Origin: Macrostomum lignano
Taxonomy: Eukaryota
Assembly: GCA_002269645.1 (NCBI GenBank)
Contig: NIVC01002321.1
Location: 62,001 to 126,000, forward strand
Length of the DNA: 64,000 bases
Reading direction: 5' to 3'
This document shows, one piece after another, positions 1 through 13,146 of the stretch. The notes below the pieces were generated by a model. That model was not told where the DNA came from, ran no database searches, and saw only the letters and a list, made by a program, of their open reading frames with translations. Each line of letters begins with the position of its first letter. Positions within the stretch are counted from its first letter, which is position 1. Both the position numbers and the translations under genes were made by a program.

Positions 1-185
1 ATCGCCTGCTCTATTTGCGGTCATGTATTTAACGGTCCGATTTCCTTCCAGTGCATTAAATCCAAATAAAATTCCCTAGTCTTATCTTCCCTTTATCCCA
101 TGAAAGAGCAGGGATGGTTTTGTAAATTCAAGGAATTCTGTAAACACTACTTATAGTACTCTCGACACACTAAAATCCAATTCAG

Positions 186-2635
186 GTCGCCCGTCGTTGG
201 TACGACTGGACGTCTAGCCAGACTCCCACTCTGGTGCGGGCGCTCAAGTCGCTGGTGGACCTGCACCTGCACCTGGAGGCCCGGTTGAGAGCGGCTGGCA
301 GCTGGACTGAGTCAGCCAGTCGCCGACTGCGGGCTTGCGTAGCTGCCGCCCGGTCGCTGTGCCTGGAGCTGCCTGCGGATAGGCCAGAACTGGCCACGGA
401 TGCCCAGCTGCTGTCTCTGCTGCGTCGGTGTCCTCAGCTGGCCGACTGTCTGTCCGAACTGTCCGAACCGTTCTCGGTCGCCGTGTCAGCCGAGCATTTG
501 TCAACTGAGCTGCAGACTTTAAATACGGAACTGTGCCAATGCTTGACAATTGAGCTGCCGAATTCGCTGCGAAATTTAGCAAGTCTGATGACTACTGCTG
601 CGGAGGCCAAGTCCAGAAGTCAATTAGCCGATTCTATTACCCAACGATTTGCAGCACTAGCCGGTGCATGTAAAAAGCTGTATACCGCCTGCGAGAGAAA
701 AGTCAACGCCGAATCGGCGCTCAGAGTTTCCGATGATATCGCTGCGGGTAATAAGGCGTGTCTGACCGCCGCGTCGACTCTTGTAACCAAGTTTGATCTG
801 CTTAATACTCAGGTGAAATTCTTGACCTGCTTTTTGGGTACTAAACGGTTCTCAGTCTGAAACGAATTTAGTATATTAGACTAGCCAGTTAGCCCCTCCT
901 TGGGCGGGGTGTTTTGTAGCATAGTCGACAAAGTTAAGCTTGAGCATTAAAAATGTGTATTAGCCTAGCCACTTAGCCCCTTTTCGGGGGTGTGCGGCTG
1001 ACAATCAAAATAGATAACCTGGTAGGCTTGAGCATTAAAAACTTAGCATAACCAAATCACATTGCATTGGATATACCTTTCCTATTCCAGGTAAGCGAGC
1101 AATGCGAGTTAATCGCTTCTCGTTTGATGTTCGCCGCCGTGAATCTCTCGTCCGCTATTTCGGATTCAACAACCGGCCCAACGGTCGCTGCCAACGTGAA
1201 TTCGTTGTCGCCTTCGCCGTCTCCTTCGTCGCCTTCAATTGCTAATGCCGCCGCTTCGGCTGCGGCGGCTGCTGCGGCAGCCGAGGCGGCTGAGGCGGCC
1301 AAGGCAGAGCTGGCCGTCCTGCGCGACGAGCTGCAGCGTGGGCAAGATCAGCTGGCTCTGATGGAGTCCCGGCTGGCAGCTCAGCAGGCTCGGATTAGCC
1401 AACTTGAAAAAGATCGAGAACGATGGATGCTCGAAGCTCAGGTGGGTTTGCTCTATCAGTTGGAGCGATTATCCTAACCCCAGCATTAAACCGTACTAAC
1501 CTAAAAATAATAATTAAGTACACCTGCTTACTCGGCAGATGTGCAACCGACAGCTCAGCTGAGCGCATCTGAATGCTGCGTACGGCTGATCAGTCCAAGG
1601 ACTGGGGGGTCGCCACACACCCTCAATTAACCCAGCTAATGCTGGCACCCATTTTACAGCTAGGTGAACTGAAGCAATGCAGAGTTAAGTGTCTTGCTCA
1701 GGACACAGATTGTACCTAGTGGGTCGAGAATCGAACCCCCGACCTTTACGTCGCGAGTCCGACGCTCTAACCACTAGGCTTCAACCCATAACCCTAACCT
1801 GAGCATCAGTTTAAACAGCATCTCCCGACACGTGAACCCCCACCCTTGAAAACGTTATCATGGCAAGAATCGCTAGTCATTGCTAACAGCTCACTAAGTC
1901 ACTCTAGCGACTCTAGCGCGACTCTTGTCACTTTTTAGCGACTCAAACGCTGTAATGTGACGGAGATCGAGGCGACTTTTGAATCTCAAGCGCATCACAC
2001 GAGCTTTGAAACGACTCTGGACCGTTTTCATCATGGGTTCCTTTATAAAGCATGCGCCGCTTTAGGTCAGTGGTCGGCTAACTCCGGCCCACAAAGCCTC
2101 TCTATCCGGCCCGCTTCTGGGTTTAAGTCTGTTTCTAATCTCTTTTAAATCACCAAAAGAACATTACTTAACTTCTGGAATGCAGGTATTGTCTACGAGA
2201 CTGGGCAAGCAGCAGCAGTCGTCTCCATCGCCTCCCCCGGCGCAGCAGCAGCAGCAGTCGACCCCCCCGTCCGCAGTCCCAGACGGTGACCAGTCATCAG
2301 CAGTTGCTCAGTTGCGAGCGAATTTTCTCGAAGCCAAGTGCACCGAGTCTGAGGCGTCGCTGCAGCTGCTGGACTCTCGTCTGATGCACGCGCAACTGTC
2401 AGCAAAGACAGCCAATCAGCGACTTGTGCTGGCACTGAACGAAGCTGCCAGCTTGAAGGACGCGGCCTTCCAGTGCAGAGAAGAGCTGGACACAACCCGT
2501 CGGAATTATGAGGAGCAACTGGCCGCCATCTCTGATCACGTTGGCGAGCTCAACAGGCAGTTGGAACGAAAAGAGGACGAGTTGAACGGATTAAGGGCTC
2601 AGTTTTCGTCTACCGTGGCTAAGAAAAAGCGATGA
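186..2635 (+). CDS. PPP1R21: Protein phosphatase 1 regulatory subunit 21 (FERRY complex subunit), last three coding exons: 186-812, 1091-1441, 2186-2635; the gene starts upstream of the window
   Basis: GT-AG junctions, both introns phase 0. Coiled-coil product with KDRERWMLEAQ and C-terminal LDTTRRNYEEQLAAISDHVGELNRQLERKEDELNGL, matching the PPP1R21 C-terminus as recalled (EHWMLEAQ; LTTTKRSYEDQLSMMSDHL). Confidence 0.85.
1505..1780 (-). mobile_element. tRNA-derived SINE with CORE-like central domain, in a PPP1R21 intron
   Basis: Minus strand: A-box-like CTAGTGGTTAG, B-box GGTTCGATTC, then GTGTCCTGAGCAAGACACTTAACTC...CAGTTCACCTAGCTGTAAAATGGG (MIR/CORE-like), ending in an (ATT)n-like tail. Confidence 0.7.
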
Positions 2636-2861
2636 TCTATAAATTTATTCATTGTTTGAAATACAGAACGCTCTCTTCCAAATGTACTTAAAGTTGGCCA
2701 TTTTCTGGCGATTTTGTCCAAAATTCATATATCTAGCCACCTGATTTCAATGTAGAATTATTATAGTCAATAATTCATCCAGTGGTAATTTTCTGTTTAG
2801 TTAAGTTTGTGTAATTATTGTGGTGTATAATCTGGGCTTAACCCCACTGTACACTTCATAG

Positions 2862-3166
2862 CCCCACAAACCCTACCCCCAATGTACACTCCCTGGCCTA
2901 GCCCTAGCCTCGCTAACCCTAACCCCAATTTAAACTCCCAGGCCTAACCCCTACCCCCAATGTACACTCCCTGGCATAGCCTCACAAACCCTACCCCCAA
3001 TGTACACTCCCTGGCCTAGCCTCGCTAACCCTACCCCCAATGTACACTCCCTGGCCTAGCCTCGCTAACCCTACCCCCAATGTACACTCCCTGGCCTAAC
3101 CCCTACCCCCAATGTACACTCCCTGGCCTAGCCTCAAAAACCCTACCCCCAATGTACACTCCCTGC
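2862..3166. repeat. ~30-40 bp minisatellite (CCCTACCCCCAATGTACACTCCCTGGCCTA...), with CCCTAA-like motifs
   Basis: Direct tandem copies; same family as 4060-4320. Confidence 0.9.
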
Positions 3167-4059
3167 CTCACAATATTTAAAATTGGATAATTGTTATATG
3201 CAATACATATAAGCCTCAATAATGCTAGAAAAATTTTATTGAATAAAAAATATTTTCTTGATTAGCAAAACAAAATCTTTTTTTGTGCCTAACGATTACT
3301 GTTCCTGTTTATGCTACGGACTCTATGTAGCTCTCTTACTACACTGATTATTTAAATTGACATTAACTGCAACTGAGTTTACAATCTCCTTTCAATTCCA
3401 GTTTTTTATTAAGCTTATTAGCTAGGCTTTAATCTTAACCATTCTTCTTGGACTTATACTCGTAAGTGTATCTGGCTTCTACATAATCGCTAATGCATAG
3501 CAAACTAACGCGATACTTTAAATAACTTAATTTTCATTTTGCATTGCCTTGCCAATCCAATCATCATATTCATTGACGAACAATTCGAAGAGAAAGCCAC
3601 CAAGTCAACCATTTTGTTCCTGAATGATTGTCGATCAATCGATCATTGTGATCCCATAAACACTTAGTCAAAATTGATTGGAAAGTTTGCTAGTTAATCG
3701 TTAATGTGGATCTGTTAGTATTTTTATATATTCAATTAAATGGTCAGATTAATGTTGAGTTACTAAACACGGTATGTAAAGCTAGACTTTAGATATTTAT
3801 TGTCTTTGTAATTGTCGTTTATAAGTGTTTCTTCAATGTCTTTCATTTTTTTATATTAGTAGAAATTAGCGTGCATTAAAACAGATTAAAAAGCTTTGAC
3901 AGAAGTTTACTTTAACTATATGAACACAACTAAAGGCATCTGTGCAGATTTTTAAAAGAACTGGAAACTTCACCGGTTGAAAATTTACAACTACACAAAA
4001 CATTACAAGCTTTGCTCCTATGTGCATCCCCGGAGCATAGCTAGAAAACTTTACCTCTA

Positions 4060-4320
4060 GCCAAGCCTCACAAACCCTACCCTTAAATGTGCAATTCCTG
4101 GCCTAGCCTCTCAAACCCTACCCCCAATGTACACTCCCTGGCCTAACCCCTACTCCCAATGTACACTCGCTGGTCTAACCCCTAACCCCAATGTACACTC
4201 CCTGGCCTAACCCCTACCCCCAATGTACACTCCCTGGCCTAACCCCTACTCCCAATGTACACTCCCTGGCCTAACCCCTAACCCCAATGTACAATCCCTG
4301 GCCTAACCTGACAGACCCTA
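4060..4320. repeat. Second array of the same minisatellite, immediately upstream of FAHD1
   Basis: Tandem copies of CCCCTACCCCCAATGTACACTCCCTGGCCTAA. Confidence 0.9.
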
Positions 4321-4377
4321 TCCCCAACGTACACTTCACTACCAAGCGTCCAAAATCCCCGTTTCCCTGCTTATTGC

Positions 4378-5622
<1,245 letters not shown>

Positions 5623-6369
5623 AAATATCAACTAATAGCATTTGCCACACGCCAAGTTAGAAAACGGCTGCATTGAAAGTTGAAAAAATGTCAACTTAAG
5701 CTCATAAAGTGGAGCGCCCGAATAACCTATGTAAACAAATGATACGTCATTTCTGCTCACAGTGACATCAGGAAGCTGGGTTTGGCAAAAAATGTTAAAA
5801 AATTGGACCTGGGATAGAAGAGAACAAGCAAGGAGCTGTCTCTTGAGTTATCAAGAGACAGAAGCCACAAGGTGAGGCAGTCTGAAAAAGTGCAGTGGAG
5901 AAAGGATGGTGCAGCAGGATGGTGATTTCACAACGCCGAAAGACACCTGCCTTCCGAAACTTCATCGACTGATGATGATTTATGGCCCAAACTATCTTTG
6001 TTCTGTAGGCTTTCAACTTTGGATGACAGTTTTCTAACTTCACATGACAAAAGCAATACTAACTACTGTTTAATGAGTAGAACTACACTGATTTTGTCTG
6101 ATTATTTTGATTTTACATCTCTGTTGTTTAGGAAATAGTTAATTTATATCTTTTTACCGCATTGGTGCATACATATATCAATATAGTTTCTAAATAAGAT
6201 CTATCTAGCTAGTGCTATTTTCAAAGGTACTATGTTTAAAATGCTGGAAATATTGATTTGTGAAAGCTCTTTTGGACTCGAATATTTTGGTAGTTACGCG
6301 TTTGATCAGTAAAACACATTTCGAAAATGCATGTCAGCATAAGTGACTGCTGAGAATGATTAAATCTGG

Positions 6370-6590
6370 TCATAGGTAAGTACGTAGGTAAGGCGTCTGA
6401 TACCCGCTCCCTGGGGGTACCTGGGTTCAATTCCGTGGTTGACCCCCTTCACATAGGAAAAGTCATGGTCACTGTGCATCCTGCATGAGCGCTGCTCCTA
6501 CGAAGTGCAAACTGAGGACGTGCTGAGGGTTCAGAGGAATGGACATGGCGCTCTTGGTTGGTGCCGAATTGAAACTTGTTGCAGATTTAG
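6370..6590 (+). mobile_element. Possible tRNA-derived SINE fragment
   Basis: B-box-like GGGTTCAATTCC near 6423-6434 after a degenerate tRNA-like 5' part; no cloverleaf and no TSD seen. Confidence 0.3.
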
Positions 6591-6611
6591 AATAGCTTTT
6601 GAAGAATTTTG

Positions 6612-7628
6612 TCCCATAGTGCCTGTCCTACATTTCCTGTCCTATAGTGCCTGTCCTATAGTGCCTGTTCTACATTTCCTGTCCTATAGTGCCTGTCCTA
6701 TAGTGCCTGTCCTGTATTTCCTGTCCTATAGTGCCTGTCCTGTATTTCCTGTCCTATAGTGCCTGTCCTATAGTGCCTGTCCTGTATTTCCTGTCCTATA
6801 GTGCTTGTCCTGTATTTCCTGTCCTATAGTGCCTGTCCTACATTTCCTGTCCTATAGTGCCTGTCCTATAGTGCCCTGTCCTATAGTGCCCTGTCCTATA
6901 GTGCTTGTCCAATATTGCCTGTCCTACATTTCCTGTCCTATAGTGCCTGTCCTATAGTGCTTGTCCCTATTGCCTGTCTTTTTGTGCCTGTCTTTTAGTG
7001 CCCTGTCCTATAGTGCTTGTCCCTATTGCCTGTCTTTTTGTGCCTGTCTTTTAGTGCCCTGTCCTATAGTGCTTGTCCCTATTGCCTGTCTTTTTGTGCC
7101 TGTCTTTTAGTACCCTGTCCTATAGTGCTTGTCCCTATTGCCTGTCTTTTTGTGCCTGTCTTTTAGTACCCTGTCCTATAGTGCTTGTCCTATATTGCCT
7201 GTCTTTTAGTACCCTGTCCTATAGTGCTTGTCCTATATTGCCTGTCTTTTCGTGCCTGTCTTTCAGTGCCCTGTCCTATTGTGCCCTGTCCTATATTGCC
7301 TGTCTTTTAGTGCCCTGTCCTATAGTGCTTGTCCCTATTGCCTGTCTTTTCGTGCCTGTCTTTCAGTGCCCTGTCCTATTGTGCCCTGTCCTATTGTGCC
7401 CTGTCCTATATTGCCTGTCTTTTCGTGCCTGTCTTTCAGTGCCCTGTCCTATTGTGCCCTGTCCTATATTGCCTGTCTTTTAGTGCCCTGTCCTTTAGTG
7501 CCCTGTCCTATAGTACCTGTCCTATAGTGTCTGTCATATAGTGCCCTGTTCTATAGTGCCTGACCTATAGTACCTGTCCTATAGTGCCTGTCCTATAGTG
7601 CCTGTCTTTTAGTGCCCTGTCCTATAGT
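6612..7628. repeat. Minisatellite built on a ~14-bp unit CCTGTCCTATAGTG with variants
   Basis: Direct tandem copies. Confidence 0.95.
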
Positions 7629-7639
7629 GGCCTCTCGAC

Positions 7640-7982
7640 CTACGACACCTGCCCCCACCGGCCTGTTCTCATGCTTTGTTGCTGATCACTTTAATGAGCT
7701 GCGCCACGCCAAGGCATCGGTCAACGCCTGATTACCATCCGTTTCACCGATGCGATCGGTGTACTTTACTCCATTTGACCGCGCCTGAGCGTCAAAGACC
7801 TCGATCCATGCCCCCAACTCTTCAATGCTGTTGAGTAGCAGTGGGTCCCGATAGACATCCGATGATCCTGCTTGCGACGCCAAAATGTTACGACAGCCTT
7901 GTCGATTTATTATATAGGCAGGGTCAATTGCAGCAACATGGAAGCAAACCGCACGCCCAACCCCCACACACGAGACCCAACA
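7640..7982 (-). mobile_element. Truncated Ty3/gypsy relic: LTR 3' end, PBS (7865-7882) and gag N-terminus; the outer LTR boundary is uncertain
   Basis: Minus strand reads AATAAA...CGTAACA ttt TGGCGTCGCAAGCAGGAT. The first 15 nt of the PBS are identical to the PBS at 13148. It is followed by ASQAG...WIEVFDAQARSNGV, a gag-like sequence. Confidence 0.7.
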
Positions 7983-8339
7983 CGCCTTAAGGATAAAATT
8001 TTAGTTTTAGTACACTCCGGCTCAGTCTTTGTTTCTCTATGAGTCTATAGGAATTTAGTCTTTGTTAAAAGTTTACTCGTGATTTCCAGTAGTTTGGGCC
8101 CGCGACACCTCCGTGTCGGAAAACTTAATTCCTTAGCCAATGGGGCAGGCGCGGTGATCGTAGAGCCGGCAACGCTTCATCACCCGAAGCAGCAGGTCGC
8201 TGTTGGTCAGCTTTGTTAATTGGAAATTAGAATTTGATTCGTCAGATAAGCACTGAGAGCCTAAGGGCAAACTTGTTATCTTCTAATGTAAACAATGTTG
8301 TTTTTCGATACATATCGGAGTCGACTCGTATTTAGCCAG

Positions 8340-8520
8340 CCAGTAAGCATACAGTAGGCATACCAACGGCCCTGACTTTCTCATCTGGGCATCGTCAGGC
8401 ACTACAAGTCCTTAGGCCGATTCTCGTGCACAAGCCTCAAATTATTTTGGTCGCTCACGGATTCGAACCCGGGTCCTCCTGCACTGTAATTCTGTAATTC
8501 ACTGTAATTCTCTACCGCAG
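8340..8520 (-). mobile_element. Possible degenerate tRNA-derived SINE
   Basis: Minus-strand B-box CCCGGGTTCGAATCC around 8460-8474; the head is disrupted by a small duplication (CTGTAATT x3). Confidence 0.35.
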
Positions 8521-8930
8521 ATGAGAGGAGACAGGAAAGAGGAGAGCAGAGAGGAGAGAGGTGAGAGAACATATAAGACAGTAAAGATGACAGATGAAAG
8601 AGGGAGAATGAGAGAGCAGAGACGAGAGTGAACAGACGTGAGATGGGAGAGTAGAGAGAACAGAGGAGAGATAAGAGAGAAGAGATTACAGAGACGAGAG
8701 GAGAGGCAAAGGGAGAGAGAAGAAGAGGGGAGAATGGAGAAGGGAGATCATAGAGGAGAAGAGAGATGGGAGAGTAGAGATAAGAGAGAAATAGAGAGAG
8801 AGAGAGAGGGAGAGCAAAGAGAAATGAGAAGTGTAAGAGAGAAAAGATAAAAGAAGAAAAAGGAGAGTTGAAAGAGCAAAGACGAACTAGAAGAGAGGTG
8901 AGGGAAGAGACGAGAGAAAAGGGCAGAGAG
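8520..8930. repeat. Degenerate GA-rich low-complexity tract
   Basis: Direct reading. Confidence 0.85.
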
Positions 8931-9481
8931 AGGAGGGGTTCATCACCAGGTACCGGAAGTCCTCACACGCCGTACGTGATGCCGTCTGAGTATATAACTC
9001 AATGGGTATACCTATGTAATACTGCCTGATAGTTATCATCATACTACTAATACCAGTCAAATGCGTGTATTTGACTTCGGGTCGCGCAAAAAATGTCATT
9101 ATGGATGGCTATGCCTCCCATCGACTGAATTCTAGAGCTTGGCAGTTAACACAACCTTGAATCGGTTTGGACCATAGACCATAGCAGGTTCTCTAGAGAT
9201 ATACTAAAAGGCTATGTCTATTTAAATACACTAGCTCCCATTAGCCTAGTACTCGTATATTAGCCATTTACTATGCTATAATCTATGGCCCAAACCCTCT
9301 CTGATCAAATAATTTCAAGTTGACAAAACATTGCGCGCTTAAAATTTGTGTCAGCGCCAAGTCTGATGGATACACACACACGCACATCCACCAATAGACT
9401 CAATAAATCAATATAAATCAAATTAATAGTTGGCTTTTTTTATTACTCAACAGAGAGCAGTACGTGGTGACTCTTCCTTTC

Positions 9482-10924
9482 TGCGGCCTAGTTGGTACTG
9501 CAAGCTTTCAATTTAATCATAGATACGGAAATCAGACTTGCGAGACTGTCTATGGTCGACACTCGTTGGCATAGCGGAATTCAATTTAATCCTGGGGGCA
9601 TCAATTTGATCATTCTATGTTTTCAAGGCACATTTTCACTGTCATCGTAACTTGTTTTTAACTGGCTTGTTTTAATGAGTAATCCGGACGAGCTACTCGA
9701 AGAGGATGACAGTGAGTGGAGTTTTGGAACTGCAAATAACGACATCGACCAGGCAGCCCAAGTACACCGCAGGTCAGTACAACAAGATTAGCGATGAGAA
9801 GTACGCTCTGATTGTCACCGCTTTAGGGCGCGGCGATAGTCCGCTGAGGTTTATTTCAGGGAAGTTTATGCTGAGGTTTATTCCAGGGAAGTTTATGCTG
9901 CAGGTTTATTCCAGGGAAGTTTATGCTGAGGTTTATTCCAGGGAGGTTTATGCTGAGGTTTATTCCAGGGAAGTTTATGCTGAGGTTTATTCCAGGGAAG
10001 TTTATGCTGAGGTTTATTCCAGGGAAGTTTATGCTGAGGTTTATTCCAGGGAAGTTTATGCTGAGGTTTATTCCAGGGAAGTTTATGCTGAGGTTTATTT
10101 CAGGGAGGTTTATGCTGAGGTTTATTCCAGGGAACTTTATGCTGAGGTTTATTTCAGGGAGGTTTATGCTGAGGTTTATTCCAGGGAAGTTTATGCTGAG
10201 GTTTATTTCAGGGAGGTTTATGCTGAGGTTTATTCCAGGGAGGTTTATGCTGAGGTTTATTCCAGGGAGGTTTATGCTGAGGTTTATTCCAGGGAGGTTT
10301 ATGCTGAGGTTTATTCCAGGGAACTTTATGCTGAGGTTTATTCCAGGGAGGTTTATGCTGAGGTTTATTCCAGGGAAGTTTATGCTGAGGTTTATTTCAG
10401 GGAGGTTTATGCTGAGGTTTATTCCAGGGAGGTTTATGCTGAGGTTTATTCCAGGGAAGTTTATGCTGAGGTTTATTCTAGGGAAGTTTATGCTGAGGTT
10501 TATTCTAGGGAGGTTTATGCTGAGGTTTATTCCAGGGAGGTTTATGCTGAGGTTTATTCCAGGGAGGTTTATGCTGAGGTTTTTTCCAGGGAGGTTTGTG
10601 CTGAGGTTTATTCCAGGGAGGTTTATGCTGAGGTTTATTCCAGGGAAGTTTATGCTGAGGTTTATTCTAGGGAGGTTTATGCTGAGGTTTATTCCAGCCT
10701 GCATCGCCGGACAGCCAGTCAATCTAACCATTTTTTGACTCGATGATATCCAGCGCTAAAGTGTTTATTTGTTTAATTGTGTCAAATTCTGTTTTCAGTT
10801 TTTCTCAACGATATGTAAATAACTTGTGTTATAGCACTGGATATCTAACCAGTGATATCTAACTGGATATCTGATTTCCGTATCTATGATTAAATTGAAA
10901 GCTTGCAGTACCAACTAGGCCGCA
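9482..10924. mobile_element. Putative non-autonomous DNA transposon bounded by perfect 55-bp inverted repeats (9482-9536 / 10870-10924)
   Basis: 55/55 reverse-complement identity. The interior has a short ORF start resembling a transposase HTH (YNKISDEKYALIVTALGRGDS) followed by a 27-bp array. TSD not resolved. Confidence 0.65.
9843..10696. repeat. 27-bp minisatellite GCTGAGGTTTATTCCAGGGAAGTTTAT, about 31 copies
   Basis: Direct tandem copies; gives 9-aa periodic ORFs. Confidence 0.97.
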
Positions 10925-11756
10925 AAAAAGACTATTTTCTGCCTAATTGGGAAATTAATTAGGTATATGTGTAGTCGGGAGCAGCCATGAAGCTTTTTTA
11001 GTTAATTACGAGCGTCAAAAATCTATACGTGTAGCTAATTATTATTTTTTTTTGTTTTTGTTTGATTATTACTTTACTATCAAATGTTCTTTACATAAAT
11101 TTTGTTATTTAAATAAACAAATACCGGAATAATGTATTTTTTTACGATCATCACCGAACTCTTCACCGTAAAATATAATCAACAGCTAAACTTTTATAAC
11201 CGGTTATAAAAGTATAATTGCATTGTTACACAGTGCGTAATATATATGCTAGTGCAGCTTACTCAGACTATATGACCCCTTGGCTCACAGTAGCGGCATT
11301 ACACAGCTTCATCATAAATTATTGTTACCATGCATGCGTTCTGATGACCTATCGGCCCATAATTGGGCAGAGCCGTGCTGCCTGCTGGTGGTATGAGGGA
11401 GTCTGCGAGAGGGTTGGGTCGCAGCGCGGGAGCCTCATCAGCTCCTGCTGAATAGGAACGGGTGAGGCCTCAGTCCATAACATGTATAGCTGCTGCTGTA
11501 CAAATGCTCCATTGAGAAGGCAATACCAGCTCCATCCTACTGTTGGCATCAGTTCTGAGTCCCCCAGCCCAAGGCTTATGAAATTCCACCCCAGAGGCCA
11601 GACTAAAGCTAAAGTACACCGCCTCCACAGGGCTGGAATCTTTTAGCTGGCTTTGTTCTCTAGTGCCGTTGATCTCCGAGGGAATATTGCGTGACTGCGC
11701 GACTGGTGGATTTCTGATTTGCCTTCATCTGACTCCCACTGGGTTCCCTGACTTCC

Positions 11757-12881
11757 AATGCAATCTATCCATAATAGACACGAATCTATCCATTATCCAA
11801 TTGAATCGATCCAATATCGAATGCAATATATCCATAATAGACACGAATCCATCAATTATCCAATGGAATCTATCCAATATCCAATGGAACCTATCCAATA
11901 TCCAATGGAATCTATCCAATATCCAATGGAATCTATCCAATATCCAATGGAATCTATCCAATATCCAATGGAATCTATCTAATATCCAATGCAATCTATC
12001 TATAATAGACACGAATCTATGCATTATCCAATGGAATCTATCCAATATCCAATGGAATCTATCCAATATCCAATGGAATCTATCCAATATCCAATGGAAT
12101 CTATCCATAATAGACACGAATCTATCCAATATCTATATCAAATCTATCCAATATCCAATGCCATCTATCCATAATAGACACGAATCTATCCAATATCCAA
12201 TGGAATCTATCCAATATCCAATGGAATCTATCTAATATCCAATGGAATCTATCCAATATCCAATGCAATCTATCTATAATAGACACGAATCTATCCAATA
12301 TCCAATAGAATCTATCCAATATCCAATGCAATCTATCTATAATAGACACGAATCTATCCATTATCCAATGGAATCTATCTAATATCCAATGGAATCTATC
12401 CAATATCCAATGGAATCTATCAATAATATACACGAATCTATCCAATATCTATATCAAATCTATCCAATATCCAATGCCATCTATCCATAATAGACACGAA
12501 TCTATCCAATATCCAATGGAATCTATCCATAATAGACACGAATCTATCCAATATCTATATCAAATCTATCCAATATCCAATGCCATCTATCCATAATAGA
12601 CACGAATCTATCCAATATCCAATGGAATCTATCCAATATCCAATGGAATCTATCTAATATCCAATGGAATCTATCCAATATCCAATGCAATCTATCTATA
12701 ATAGACACGAATCTATCCAATATCCAATAGAATCTATCCAATATCCAATGCAATCTATCTATAATAGACACGAATCTATCCATTATCCAATGGAATCTAT
12801 CCATTATCCAATGGAATCTATCCATTATCCAATGGAATCCATCCATTATCCAATGAAATCTATCCATTATCCAATGGAATC
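11757..12881. repeat. 21-bp satellite (ATCCAATGGAATCTATCCAAT/CATT), left arm
   Basis: Direct tandem copies with higher-order blocks; interrupted by the LTR element. Confidence 0.97.
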
Positions 12882-13146
12882 TGAGGCAGCGCTGGATTCT
12901 ACCGCTGTACTTATGACTAAGTGACTAGCTGGTTGACTATTGAAATATTGACTGTACATCCAGTGTACCCACCACCCCGATTTCGTACCCCGTGCGCCCC
13001 GCCACCCCAATGCGTTAATAATTATATATTTAGCTTCGTTTGTGTTAGCATCGTTTATGATTAATATATCGAGACTGAGACATCGTTTATTTATAATACC
13101 AAATCATCGTGTTGCTCAGTTGAACTCTTAATTAAACGACGCGACA
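12882..13146 (+). repeat. 5' LTR
   Basis: TGAGG...CGACA; differs from the 3' LTR at 12932/17231 and 13031/17330. Confidence 0.97.

Noticed and set aside
234-860. Stand-alone 208-aa ORF, and likewise 1067-1477 and 2180-2635
   Set aside because: These are exons of PPP1R21; the listed starts are alternative codons or intronic sequence.
1718-1780. Possible tRNA gene on the minus strand
   Set aside because: The anticodon and acceptor stems do not pair, and it runs into a SINE body, so it is treated as a SINE head.
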